From an uncultured Spirochaetota bacterium (GTDB taxonomy: Bacteria > Spirochaetota > Brevinematia > Brevinematales > JAOACQ01), in assembly GCA_963835575.1 (NCBI GenBank), contig CAWIGG010000002.1, forward strand, positions 32,001 to 96,000: a stretch of DNA of 64,000 bases. Reading direction: 5' to 3'. Below are positions 1 through 9,530 of this stretch, in pieces (positions within the stretch are counted from its first letter, which is position 1; the number at the start of each line of letters is the position of its first letter). The notes under the pieces are model-generated. The model searched no databases. It was not told the origin of the DNA and saw only the letters and a list, made by a program, of their open reading frames with translations. The position numbers and the translations under genes are program-made.

Positions 1-1
1 A

Positions 2-2467
2 AAATATACCGATTATTTAGCCAAGTGGGAAATACTTTGGGCTAACTTTTCAAAAGAAGCCGTTTATGACGGAAGTATTGAAAACCTCGCTGGAAAAGTT
101 TCCAGAAACACAAAAACATTAGACGATGAATTTTTAAATGATATTATTGAATGGCGAGAAACGCTCGCCCGGAATGTCGCTATCCGAAATAAAAACTTAT
201 CCGTCGATGAAATAAATGAAGCTGTTCAAAGAATTCTTGACCGTCTTGTCTTTATCAGAAATCTTGAGGACAGAAACATTGAAGATGAGAATCTTCTTAT
301 GAATCTTGTTGACCGCCAGGATTATGAGGACGCGCATTTTTATAAATGCATAATTCCCTTATTTCGCAAATTCGATATTGATTATAACGGCCTTCTTTTT
401 AAAAAGCATTTCAGCGAAGAATTGGAGATTGATAATAAAATCATCAAGGATATTATTAAAAGTATGAGTTCAGAAGTTTCTCCTTTCCGGTTTGATATAA
501 TTGAACCTGAAATATTAGGGCATATTTATGAGCGCTTTCTCGGTTCAAAAATCCGGTTGACTGAAGATCACCGGGCTAAAGTTGAAATGAAACCGGAAGT
601 GAATCATGCCGGCGGTGTTTTTTATACTCCTGAATATATCGTCAAATACATTGTTGAAAATACTGTAGGTGAAAAAGTAAAAGATAAAACACCGGAAGAA
701 ATCGAACAACTCAAAATATTAGACCCGGCTTGCGGTTCGGGTAGTTTCTTACTCGGAGCTTTTGATTATCTGATAAAATACCATCAGGATTATTACTCTA
801 AACTTTCCAAGACCGCCCGGAAAAAATACAAAGATTACTTTTTTGAAACCCCTGACGGTGAAATCCGGCTGACTTTGCAGAAGAAAGGCCGAATCCTCAA
901 AAATAATATTTTCGGCGTGGATATCGACCGTGAAGCTACTGAAGTATCTATTATGAGCCTATATTTAAAACTTCTAGACGAAGGCTTTGACAAAGGGCAA
1001 GCATTACTATTTATGCGAGGGCATATTTTGCCGGATATGACAGCCAATATTAAATGTGGAAATAGTTTGATTGACCGTGAGCAATTATTTTCTAATGACC
1101 TTTTCGGTGATGAAGATATTAAACCTTTTGATTGGGATACTGAATTTTGGATAGGTGGCTTTGACTGTATTATCGGCAATCCTCCGTATATCAGAATTCA
1201 GGAAATGCAAAAATGGGCGCCTAAAACAGTTTCTATTTACAAAAATATATATAAATCCGGCAGTTCAAATAATTTTGATATTTTCGTGTTATTCCTTGAA
1301 AAAGCCTTGATGCTTTTGAATCAAAAAGGGCTTTACGGTTTTATCGTACCAAACAAATTTATGCAGCAGGAATATGGTCAAAATATTCGAGAAATATTAA
1401 GCAGTGGAAAGCATATATTTCAGATCATTAATTTTAAAGATTTTCAGGTCTTTAAAAACGCTACTACTTATACTTCTCTAGTTTTTGCCTCAAAAAACCC
1501 AAACATTTCATTTAACTATGCTGAGGTCAAGAACGAATTGGTTAACTTTCATCTTACACAAAAAGACTTTTCTTCTATTACAGCAGATCCCTGGCTTCTA
1601 CATGATGAAAAAGATGAATTGTTAATTAAATCTCTGTCAAAATACCCTATCCTTGCCGATCTGTCCACCAATATCTTTGTCGGTGTTCAGACCAGTGCTG
1701 ATAAAATATTTATTCTTGATTTCATTGAAGAAAAGGAAAACTCCTATGTTCTTTATTCAAAATCTGTTGAACGTCAGATTGAATTGGAAAAGACTTATGT
1801 AAAACATGTTATCAGCGGTCTGGATGTAAAACGTTATTTAATTCCGCCAAAAAGACAATATATTATTTTTCCTTATAAGATTGAGAACGAAAAAGCAATT
1901 CTACTTTCTAAAGCCGATCTGGAAAACAACAGCCCGAAACTGTGGGAATATTTATTTGAAAACAAAAAAGTCCTTGAAGATAGGGAGAATGGACGTTTAA
2001 AAGGCAAAGGCTGGTATGGTTACATATACCTAAAAAATATGTCTTTACAAGATAAACCTAAATTATGTGTGCCTCGTTTAGTACAGAAAATTCAATGCAC
2101 TTTTGATGCTAATGGTTCTTATTGTCTTGATAATGTGGATGTCGGCGGAGTTATACTTAAAGAAGAATACAATCATTTATATTATTATATTATGGGGCTT
2201 TTGAATTCTTCCCTGCTCAGTTTTTATCTAACCAAAATAAGCACACCATTTCGGGGTGGCTTTTGGTCGTGTAATAAGCAATATCTTGAAAAACTGCCAA
2301 TTTATCTTCATTACCCGCAAGATAAAGATAAGTATGCTCTCTGTCAGAAGATTGAAGAAATGGTTAAACAGATTATAGAACTCAAGAAAGATGAAAAACG
2401 TTTGAAGGATGCTGAATTTCTTGAAAGAAAGATTGATGAGATGGTTGAGAAAATTTATTTGGAGTGA
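2..2467 (+). CDS. Type IIG-like restriction-modification enzyme (N6-adenine MTase + target recognition domain), 5'-truncated by the window edge
   Basis: Frame is open from base 2 (KYTDYLAKWEIL...QRILDRLVFIRNLEDR) into the 722-aa ORF. Motifs FYTP, LDPACGSGSFL (motif I) and IIGNPPY (motif IV); TaqI_C-like C-terminus. Confidence 0.85.
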   Translation, partial: KYTDYLAKWEILWANFSKEAVYDGSIENLAGKVSRNTKTLDDEFLNDIIEWRETLARNVAIRNKNLSVDEINEAVQRILDRLVFIRNLEDRNIEDENLLMNLVDRQDYEDAHFYKCIIPLFRKFDIDYNGLLFKKHFSEELEIDNKIIKDIIKSMSSEVSPFRFDIIEPEILGHIYERFLGSKIRLTEDHRAKVEMKPEVNHAGGVFYTPEYIVKYIVENTVGEKVKDKTPEEIEQLKILDPACGSGSFLLGAFDYLIKYHQDYYSKLSKTARKKYKDYFFETPDGEIRLTLQKKGRILKNNIFGVDIDREATEVSIMSLYLKLLDEGFDKGQALLFMRGHILPDMTANIKCGNSLIDREQLFSNDLFGDEDIKPFDWDTEFWIGGFDCIIGNPPYIRIQEMQKWAPKTVSIYKNIYKSGSSNNFDIFVLFLEKALMLLNQKGLYGFIVPNKFMQQEYGQNIREILSSGKHIFQIINFKDFQVFKNATTYTSLVFASKNPNISFNYAEVKNELVNFHLTQKDFSSITADPWLLHDEKDELLIKSLSKYPILADLSTNIFVGVQTSADKIFILDFIEEKENSYVLYSKSVERQIELEKTYVKHVISGLDVKRYLIPPKRQYIIFPYKIENEKAILLSKADLENNSPKLWEYLFENKKVLEDRENGRLKGKGWYGYIYLKNMSLQDKPKLCVPRLVQKIQCTFDANGSYCLDNVDVGGVILKEEYNHLYYYIMGLLNSSLLSFYLTKISTPFRGGFWSCNKQYLEKLPIYLHYPQDKDKYALCQKIEEMVKQIIELKKDEKRLKDAEFLERKIDEMVEKIYLE

Positions 2468-2500
2468 TTGGATTAGAAAAAAGTTAATTGAGGTTATTAT

Positions 2501-3736
2501 ATGAATGGAAAAAAAAACGATCAAAACGATTTTATCTGTTATATAGGTAATAAGAAAGAAATATCCTTAGAGAAAATACGCTTAAGAATAAAAAATTATC
2601 TGGAACTGGATAATGTTAGTATTCTTGCCGGTGCAGGTACAAGTTTTCATATTGGCGCGCCTATAATAAGAGTAATTCCAAAAGAAATAAATGACTCATT
2701 ATTAAGCGATAAAGAAATAAAAGATTTTTACAAAATTAAAATAGATGAAATCAGTAAAGATAAAAATAACAACAAGGGTATATCTCTCGAAGATTTTCTC
2801 AATTATTTACAGGCAGATAGATTTTGTGCAATAACAAGATCAGAAGACATAACTAATTATGACATTTTAATTAAAAAAATTCAAAGTGAATTATTTTTAC
2901 GATGTAATACTCAGAATACAAACTTACATAATGATTACAAAGAAGATTCTAATTTAAAGGAAAATAGATATTTTTATCATGAGAAATTAATCAAAAAAAT
3001 ACTCCTAAGACCAATTAATCTGAGACGTGTCAATCTTTTTACTTCTAATTATGATTTGGCTTTTGAATATAGTTTTGATAATACAGGAATATATTATATA
3101 AATGGTTTTTCTGGTTTTCAGAGACGATTTTTTCATCCTGAATCCTATGATTATGACGTTTATTATCCTGGTCAAACTACAAGCGGAAAAGTGCATCGTG
3201 CTGAAAAAGTTTTACGTTATTATAAATTACATGGTTCTTTATCTTGGATTTTTACTGAACAAAATGCAAGAAATTTATATGGAATTGAAGAAATTTATAT
3301 TGATAAAAAACCAGAAAACGAATTAGTAATATATCCATGTGTAACAAAAAAAAGATTTACTCTCGATTTGCCTTATTCCGAATTATTCAGACATTTCTCA
3401 AATTCTATTAAACTAAACCAGTCAGTATTGTTTTGTATTGGTTATTCTTTTAATGACGAACATATAAATGATATAATCTATCAGGCTCTTTCAATTCCTT
3501 CTTTTACTCTTTTTGTAATTGATTATAAAGCTACGGATAATAAAGAAATTAATAAATTAAAATCTCTCAATGATCCACGTATTTTAATAATTGAAGGTAA
3601 ATATGCGAAATTCACTAAATTTGTTACTGATGTTTTACCTGATATATATGATGAAAAAGATGAAATCAAGATTACTGAAACAATGAATAAATTATATAAT
3701 ACTGATAATAATGATGAGGAAATTTCAGATGTCTGA
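2501..3736 (+). CDS. SIR2-like NADase of a Sir2-HerA defence system
   Basis: Sirtuin-like motifs ILAGAGTS, FTSNYD, YYKLHGS and IGYSFNDEH; overlaps the HerA start. Confidence 0.88.
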   Translation: MNGKKNDQNDFICYIGNKKEISLEKIRLRIKNYLELDNVSILAGAGTSFHIGAPIIRVIPKEINDSLLSDKEIKDFYKIKIDEISKDKNNNKGISLEDFLNYLQADRFCAITRSEDITNYDILIKKIQSELFLRCNTQNTNLHNDYKEDSNLKENRYFYHEKLIKKILLRPINLRRVNLFTSNYDLAFEYSFDNTGIYYINGFSGFQRRFFHPESYDYDVYYPGQTTSGKVHRAEKVLRYYKLHGSLSWIFTEQNARNLYGIEEIYIDKKPENELVIYPCVTKKRFTLDLPYSELFRHFSNSIKLNQSVLFCIGYSFNDEHINDIIYQALSIPSFTLFVIDYKATDNKEINKLKSLNDPRILIIEGKYAKFTKFVTDVLPDIYDEKDEIKITETMNKLYNTDNNDEEISDV

Positions 3737-5852
3737 TCGTCAAATAGGCCGTGTTGTATCTGTAGATAATTTTCGTGTTTTTGTAAAGCTTGATGATGAT
3801 CTAACAAGTACACATAAAAGCGGTTTTAATGACATTTACGAAGTTGCACGCATCAATTCTTATCTTATCATACCTGTGGGTTCAGATAGAATAGTAGCTT
3901 TAATTACAAGGGTCAAAATGCAGGAAGAACCCGAATTCGATAAAAATAAACAATCTATTTCACTGCCTTCTTCTTCCAGATATATTACCGCAACTATGCT
4001 AGGCACAATTGAAACAAGAAATAATAAAGAAATATTTATTCAAGGCGTATATAATTTTCCGGTTCTCGATAATGTAGTCTGGTTCATTACCGCGGATGAT
4101 TTAAATAAAATATTCGATTATAATGAATCTTCCGAGATAGATTATTCTAAAGACTTTTATCTTCCTATCGGTAATTCTCCAGCTTTTCCGGATTATGATG
4201 TGAAAATCTGCCCTGACCAACTTTTCGTAAAACATACGGCAATTTTAGGAAATACCGGGTCTGGTAAATCGTGTACGCTTACTTCCATATTGAAATCCAT
4301 TTTTAACTATAAATTTAAGACAAAAGTTGCTGGTCAAACGGAACAAAGTGAAGAATGTTATTTGAAGAATGCCCATTTTATTATATTTGATACTAATGGA
4401 GAATATAAAAATGCTTTTATTTCTGAAGGTGAACAATTCGAAAGAATAAATACCCTGGTTATTGATGATAAAGGTCTAAAAGTACCTTACTGGTTTATGA
4501 ATTGGGATGATTTTGATTATTTGTTTGAGCCGGGTTCTGGCACACAAGCTCCAATTTTGAAAAGAGCAATAGGATTGGCTAAAAATATTACAGAAGCTAA
4601 AACAAATAATTTGCTTAATAAAGTTTTGGAAGGATGCCTCGTAGAAATTATAAATTCTGCTTGCGGTTGTGAAGAATGGAAATTCAAAGCTAAAAGAGAA
4701 AAAGATAAAAATTTTGATTGTAATAATCAAATACTTCAATTATCAAAAGAACTGGAAAAGTATTCTGAACTGAATTTAAGAAATATTTCAGAGAAATTAA
4801 AAATTTTAGGTAAAAAAGATTTAACATTAACTGAAAAAACACAATCAATTAATGAAATTGAATTAAGTTATAAAAAATATAAAGAAAGTTTGATTGATCA
4901 ACAAATAATGACAGAAAAGAATATTGATCTTCCAGTATGGTTTAAGTATCAAGAATTAATTACAAAGTACATTGATTCCGCTATTGAAGAACATGAGGGT
5001 TCTTCTTCAAAAATTAGTGAATATGTCTCAACACTTAGATTGCGTTTGGAAGGCTTTTTTAATGACCGGCGTATTGCCGATCCTTTATTATTAAATATTG
5101 AAGCAGAATTTACAGAATCTTTAATAAAATTCATTTCATTTATCTTTGGCGATTTCTACCGATCCTTAAATAATAATGAAACCGATGTTTATTCAGAATA
5201 TTATAATCAATTAAAATATGATCAATTTGAAAATATACCAAATAAAGGAAAAGCAAACCAGATCACAATTCTTGATATGTCACTTATCCCTTTTGATGTA
5301 CTTGAAAATTTGACTGGACTTATAGGTAGACTGATAATTGAATTTGTGGAGCATTTTAAACCTGAGGAAAGAGGTCGGTATCCAATAGTAATTGTATTAG
5401 AGGAAGCTCAAAATTATATACCGGAAAAGAACAGGAAGGACCGGGAATCCATAGCAAAGAAAGTTTTTGAAAGAATAGCCCGTGAAGGACGTAAATATGG
5501 TATTTCATTAATAGTATCCAGCCAAAGACCTTCGGAATTATCAAAAACTGTGTTGTCTCAATGCAATTCATTTATCATTCATCGGCTACAAAACCCTGAC
5601 GACCAAAAATATATAAAAGGACTTGTTTCCAGCGCCAATAGTGATATTTTAGATCAGCTACCGATACTCCCGCAACAGCATGCAATAATCATGGGTGATT
5701 GCGTCCGTACCCCTGTACAAATGAGAATAAATGATATATCACCCAAACCAAATAGTGACAACCCAAGATTTATTGAAAAATGGCTTGAAAGTAATAATGA
5801 TTTTCCTGATTACAAAGAAATTTGTGACAGATGGGAAGAAGGTAAAAAATAA
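3729..5852 (+). CDS. herA: HerA/FtsK-family ATPase (HAS barrel + helicase), partner of SIR2
   Basis: N-terminal IGRVVSV barrel, Walker A GNTGSGKS, Walker B IVLEEAQ, IAREGRKYG and SQRPSEL. ATG at 3729 follows GAGGA and overlaps the SIR2 stop. Confidence 0.88.
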   Translation: MSDRQIGRVVSVDNFRVFVKLDDDLTSTHKSGFNDIYEVARINSYLIIPVGSDRIVALITRVKMQEEPEFDKNKQSISLPSSSRYITATMLGTIETRNNKEIFIQGVYNFPVLDNVVWFITADDLNKIFDYNESSEIDYSKDFYLPIGNSPAFPDYDVKICPDQLFVKHTAILGNTGSGKSCTLTSILKSIFNYKFKTKVAGQTEQSEECYLKNAHFIIFDTNGEYKNAFISEGEQFERINTLVIDDKGLKVPYWFMNWDDFDYLFEPGSGTQAPILKRAIGLAKNITEAKTNNLLNKVLEGCLVEIINSACGCEEWKFKAKREKDKNFDCNNQILQLSKELEKYSELNLRNISEKLKILGKKDLTLTEKTQSINEIELSYKKYKESLIDQQIMTEKNIDLPVWFKYQELITKYIDSAIEEHEGSSSKISEYVSTLRLRLEGFFNDRRIADPLLLNIEAEFTESLIKFISFIFGDFYRSLNNNETDVYSEYYNQLKYDQFENIPNKGKANQITILDMSLIPFDVLENLTGLIGRLIIEFVEHFKPEERGRYPIVIVLEEAQNYIPEKNRKDRESIAKKVFERIAREGRKYGISLIVSSQRPSELSKTVLSQCNSFIIHRLQNPDDQKYIKGLVSSANSDILDQLPILPQQHAIIMGDCVRTPVQMRINDISPKPNSDNPRFIEKWLESNNDFPDYKEICDRWEEGKK

Positions 5853-5986
5853 ATATAAATTTAAAACATAAAAAGCCACTTTTTTAAAATATTTTAAGGA
5901 AGTATTAAAAATGGCAGCGCTAACTCTAATCTCCGCAGTTATTCCGGCGGAGACAAAGATGGGATTCTTTTTCCAAGCCATATATT

Positions 5987-6382
5987 AAGCTTTCCTCGGG
6001 CACTCCCGAAAACTCCGGCGCGGTCGCCGTCCTTCCACTGCCTGCGTTTTCGGGAGTGCCCTCGTCAAGCTTCCTGTTTTCAACCCTTTGAGCACTGCCT
6101 CACTCTTAACATAATTTTTCTTATGGTCAAGCAAGCGAATTAATCGCACTTTTTTATACTGATATTCCTCTATTTTTTTATAAAGTTATTTTATAATTTA
6201 TTCTTTTTTCTACCGATGGCTCAATGGAGTAAACGCCTGCCCATAAGAAGAAATTATGTTAAGTAGCAAAGGATTTAATAATTTTTATATCCTGCATCTT
6301 TCTTATTCTCTAAAATCTTTTCTTTATTGTTGCTTTCTCAACCTTTGCTAACGTTCGGCGCGCTCAAAGGGTTGAAAACAGG
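5987..6382. repeat. Nested inverted repeats forming a large branched ssDNA/RNA structure
   Basis: Stem pairs: 5998-6013/6046-6061 (16 bp perfect), 6073-6093/6362-6382 (21 bp perfect), 6105-6126/6241-6263, 6264-6272/6342-6350. Confidence 0.85.
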
Positions 6383-6570
6383 GCTGGCGCATTTCGTTAT
6401 TATTTTCCACCCTGCCCGCCCGTATAGAATGAAGCAAAAAGCATAGCTTTTTTTATGAGCTGTCCCGTCCGTCCCGTAGATATTCTTTTTCTCTTTCAGG
6501 TTCCAATTTCGGGACTCCCCTTTGTCCTTTTTCACTTGTCAGTACCGTTTTAAAACCGTGCTCTTTAAAT

Positions 6571-6790
6571 ATTTTCACCCTGCCTTTTTTATTATACCGT
6601 GAGAAAAATAAAATAGTCCACTTCGCCAAGGGTAAAGTCGCAAGCTCCCGATTTAAAAATATTTTATTGTCTTAAAAACAGAAATGCTTTTTTTAAAAAC
6701 CAAGGGTCTTTATTACAGGTTAAAATATTTTTAAATCGCCCTTGCTATTTTATTTTTCTCGCTGGTGTTGTATTTAGTCAGGGTTAGAAA
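6571..6790 (+). promoter_or_regulatory. Candidate Frpo-like single-stranded DNA promoter
   Basis: Stems 6649-6666/6721-6738, 6627-6632/6739-6744, 6601-6616/6745-6760 and 6577-6582/6779-6784 enclose an 18x18-nt bubble containing ATTATA (6591-6596, TATAAT on the minus strand). Confidence 0.6.
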
Positions 6791-6822
6791 TTTTATTATA
6801 ACTCAAATTTTAGGAGGTATTT

Positions 6823-7203
6823 ATGTCAGCTTATATTGTCAGCAAAGATCACATTTCTGCGTTAGTCAGTTTTTGTAATGCGAAAAATGTTTATGTGTAT
6901 TATGATGGGAAAAAGTTTGATGTCACGAATCTTGACGCTATTGGTCAGATTCTCGTGAATGAAAACTACCGTTCAGTTAATACCCGGTATAGTTCAAACG
7001 ATGCCCCATTTGTTTACGAGTTTCAATATCTGCAACGGCATTTTACGCTTATTCAGATTATTAAACTATGTCATTGCTATAATTATCAGTCATGTGAAAC
7101 GGAAGATTATTATGAATCTCTTGCCTATGCGATTGTGAGAGGTATCGAATCTCATGCTGTCCGGTTATTACCTGGCTATGAAGAAGCGGAATGGGGTTTA
7201 TAG
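6823..7203 (+). CDS. Hypothetical protein (126 aa), mobile-element type
   Basis: Clean ORF with strong AGGAGGT Shine-Dalgarno; no motif recognised. Confidence 0.8.
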   Translation: MSAYIVSKDHISALVSFCNAKNVYVYYDGKKFDVTNLDAIGQILVNENYRSVNTRYSSNDAPFVYEFQYLQRHFTLIQIIKLCHCYNYQSCETEDYYESLAYAIVRGIESHAVRLLPGYEEAEWGL

Positions 7204-7257
7204 TTTTGAAGCGTTATTGAAACGGAATTGAAGCGGAGAAGGTCTCCTTAAGAAATA

Positions 7258-7296
7258 AAAAAGCCCCTGCATTTTATAGATTTATGCAGGGGTTTT
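7258..7296. terminator. Bidirectional intrinsic terminator
   Basis: AAAAAGCCCCTGCAT...ATGCAGGGGTTTT between convergent genes. Confidence 0.7.
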
Positions 7297-7321
7297 AGTT
7301 TGCGATATCCGGCCGGGATTA

Positions 7322-7651
7322 TCAGCTCGGCATAAACGGAGTTGTAGGAGCTGTCCCATTGTTTGCGTTTTTGTAGTTTATATATCCGCTCACATACAGG
7401 TTAAAACCGCTCATCTGCTGACCACTTGCAGCACTATTCCAGGCGTCTTTTGTCGCCTGTGTTTCCGCCTGCCAGGCCGCTACCGCCGCCGTAAAATAGT
7501 CCCTGACTTTAAGCTGATTTTCAGTCTGGGGATTTGAAGGTACAGTATACTGCCTGCTATAGTTGATCCCCTTCCATTTTGCGAAAACCATCGTATCGGC
7601 AAATGTGCCGCTTGCGTCAAGGGACATCAAAGGCCCTGTTACTTTTGCCAT
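7322..7651 (-). CDS. Phage/virus-like hypothetical protein (MAKVTGPLMSLDASG..., DUF6266-like)
   Basis: GGAGGTGG SD. The pattern ASGTF...VFAKWKG..Y.R.Y..P.NP.T..Q..VR resembles small virus-associated proteins; family assignment is from memory. Confidence 0.55.
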   Translation of the reverse strand: MAKVTGPLMSLDASGTFADTMVFAKWKGINYSRQYTVPSNPQTENQLKVRDYFTAAVAAWQAETQATKDAWNSAASGQQMSGFNLYVSGYINYKNANNGTAPTTPFMPS

Positions 7652-7988
7652 AGTATTTCCACCTCCTTAAAGGATATAATTTTAAACAAATATTTTTTAC
7701 CCTTTATTAATAGTCATTTTTAAGGGTATCGAAATGAAATAAATGGTTGAATTTAATCGGCAGGGAAGAATGACTGAATAAAACAAACAGGTTACATACG
7801 GAAAGTTAATAAATATTATCGGAAAGCAAGATATTATGGAGATCAATGCTGGGGAATAATAGGTTAAAAAACCTATTACGAACTATTTAAAACCCTTAAA
7901 AACTATTTGTAAAGCTCATTGGAAGTTTTTAAAACCATAAAAATATTTATGGTATTATTTATGATTATATTTATATTCTCTGTTTTCC

Positions 7989-8017
7989 TTGACAGTACCT
8001 TAAATTTGTCTTAATAT
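7989..8017 (+). promoter_or_regulatory. Sigma70-like promoter upstream of the Panacea TA pair
   Basis: TTGACA-N17-TAATAT. Confidence 0.45.
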
Positions 8018-8159
8018 TTAGGCATACTGTTAACAATACTATTCAAATACTTGACGGAGAGAATTTTCCGTGAAATCGATTTTGAAATAGAAATATCTGT
8101 TCTATTTATCATATTCTTAATTAGAATTCCGAATATTAAATATGAAGGGGGCGTAGCTT

Positions 8160-8708
8160 ATGATTAGTTATAAATTTAATGAAACAAAAGCAATTCAGTT
8201 AATCGCTTTTCTTCTTAAGCAAGATAATACAAAAGATTATAATAATTATACAAAAATTATCAAACTTTTATACTTGGCAGATAGAGAAGCATTAAATAGG
8301 TGGGGAAGATCAATAACAAAAGATATTTATGCAAATCTTCCAGCGGGGCCGATTGTAAGTGAAACTTATGATTTAATTAAGGAAATGAAAAAAGGGGCTA
8401 ATGAATTTATTTGTTCTAAAAATGAATATGATTTGGCATTAGTAAGTGATCCTGGTGATGATGAATTAAGTAATGCAGAAATTAAGCTACTTAGAGAAAT
8501 ATCTGAAAAATATAAGGATAAAACATATCAAAAAATGGTTGATGAGGTTCATCGTCTTCCTGAATGGGTTGATCCAAGACCTAGAGGGAAAAAATCATTA
8601 TCAGTTGAAAATATTTTAGAAGTGTTAAATAAAACAGATGATGAAATTAAAGAAATTGAAGTATCAAACAAAGAAGAAAACTATATAATTAATGTCTTAG
8701 GTTTATAA
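8160..8708 (+). CDS. Panacea-domain (DUF4065/SocA-like) antitoxin
   Basis: KIIKLLYLADREAL..WGRSIT.D.Y..LPAGPI..., ELS..EI..L and VH.LPEW motifs. Confidence 0.82.
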   Translation: MISYKFNETKAIQLIAFLLKQDNTKDYNNYTKIIKLLYLADREALNRWGRSITKDIYANLPAGPIVSETYDLIKEMKKGANEFICSKNEYDLALVSDPGDDELSNAEIKLLREISEKYKDKTYQKMVDEVHRLPEWVDPRPRGKKSLSVENILEVLNKTDDEIKEIEVSNKEENYIINVLGL

Positions 8709-8709
8709 G

Positions 8710-9087
8710 ATGAAAAAAGGGGGGACATTCTACGGCAACCCAGAAGGAGCCTCTCAACCCCATCTACACTGTATAATTACAGACTCATCCGAGCATAAAG
8801 AAAAAGGTAAATGTCTTTTTGTTCATATGATTTCATATAATGAAGGTAATCCGTATTCAGACCGTTCTTGTATTTTAAATAAAGGTGATCACCCATTTAT
8901 TACACGTCCAACTTGCATAAATTATGCTGCTGCAACGGAAATAGATTTAGAGAATCTTGAATTTGCTGTTAGTCGATGTTTGTGTGAAGAAAATGCCCCT
9001 CTATCCTTAGAAATCTTAGAGAGAATACGTGAAGGGGCAAGACTTTCTGATCATTTACCTAGAAAATATAAATACTTATTCGAATAA
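8710..9087 (+). CDS. Putative PemK/MazF-like toxin partner of the Panacea antitoxin
   Basis: Starts 1 nt after the antitoxin stop; PHLHCIIT...D.SCIL..GDHPFI.R.TCINY pattern. Confidence 0.55.
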   Translation: MKKGGTFYGNPEGASQPHLHCIITDSSEHKEKGKCLFVHMISYNEGNPYSDRSCILNKGDHPFITRPTCINYAAATEIDLENLEFAVSRCLCEENAPLSLEILERIREGARLSDHLPRKYKYLFE

Positions 9088-9421
9088 AATAAAGAAATTT
9101 AATCATTCAAAGAAAGAATTATGAATTTTCATCATAATAAAATAAGCAATAATTATTATTTCTAAATATTGTGTTAATTTTTCGACACTATAAAAAGGAT
9201 TAAACAGAGTTTTTAGAGTCCGTAAAAAAGGCATTGAATATATTAAAATTAATAGTAAAACAATAAAATAACTATAAGGTTCCATTGTAAAACAAAAAAA
9301 TAACAAAAAAGTAAACGATATTAGAAATCTTATAATAATTACTTTTCCCTAAAAATGTTATTGTTTTGTTACCAAATAGGTTTTATAATTCACTTATCTT
9401 ATTGCTATTATATATATTAAC

Positions 9422-9527
9422 AACTCTATAAGCAAAAACTGTGACAAAGCAAAATGTGGGCGCATCCCCGCAGGGCCGATAGGCCCGTAGCGTTTACACC
9501 GGGTTGTACGAAGTTTGCCGGGCCGAA
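9422..9527 (-). other. Truncated terminal attC-like site
   Basis: Minus strand reads TTCGTAC-AAC CCGGTGTAAACG..., then an internal GGGCC/GGCCC hairpin and TTTTGCTTTGTCACAGTTTTTGC; the complementary L' arm is missing. Confidence 0.6.
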
Positions 9528-9530
9528 TTT

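Noticed and set aside
9103..9306. 67-aa hydrophobic ORF as a fifth cassette gene
   Set aside because: No SD, no flanking terminal repeat pair or attC found; possibly a decayed fragment.
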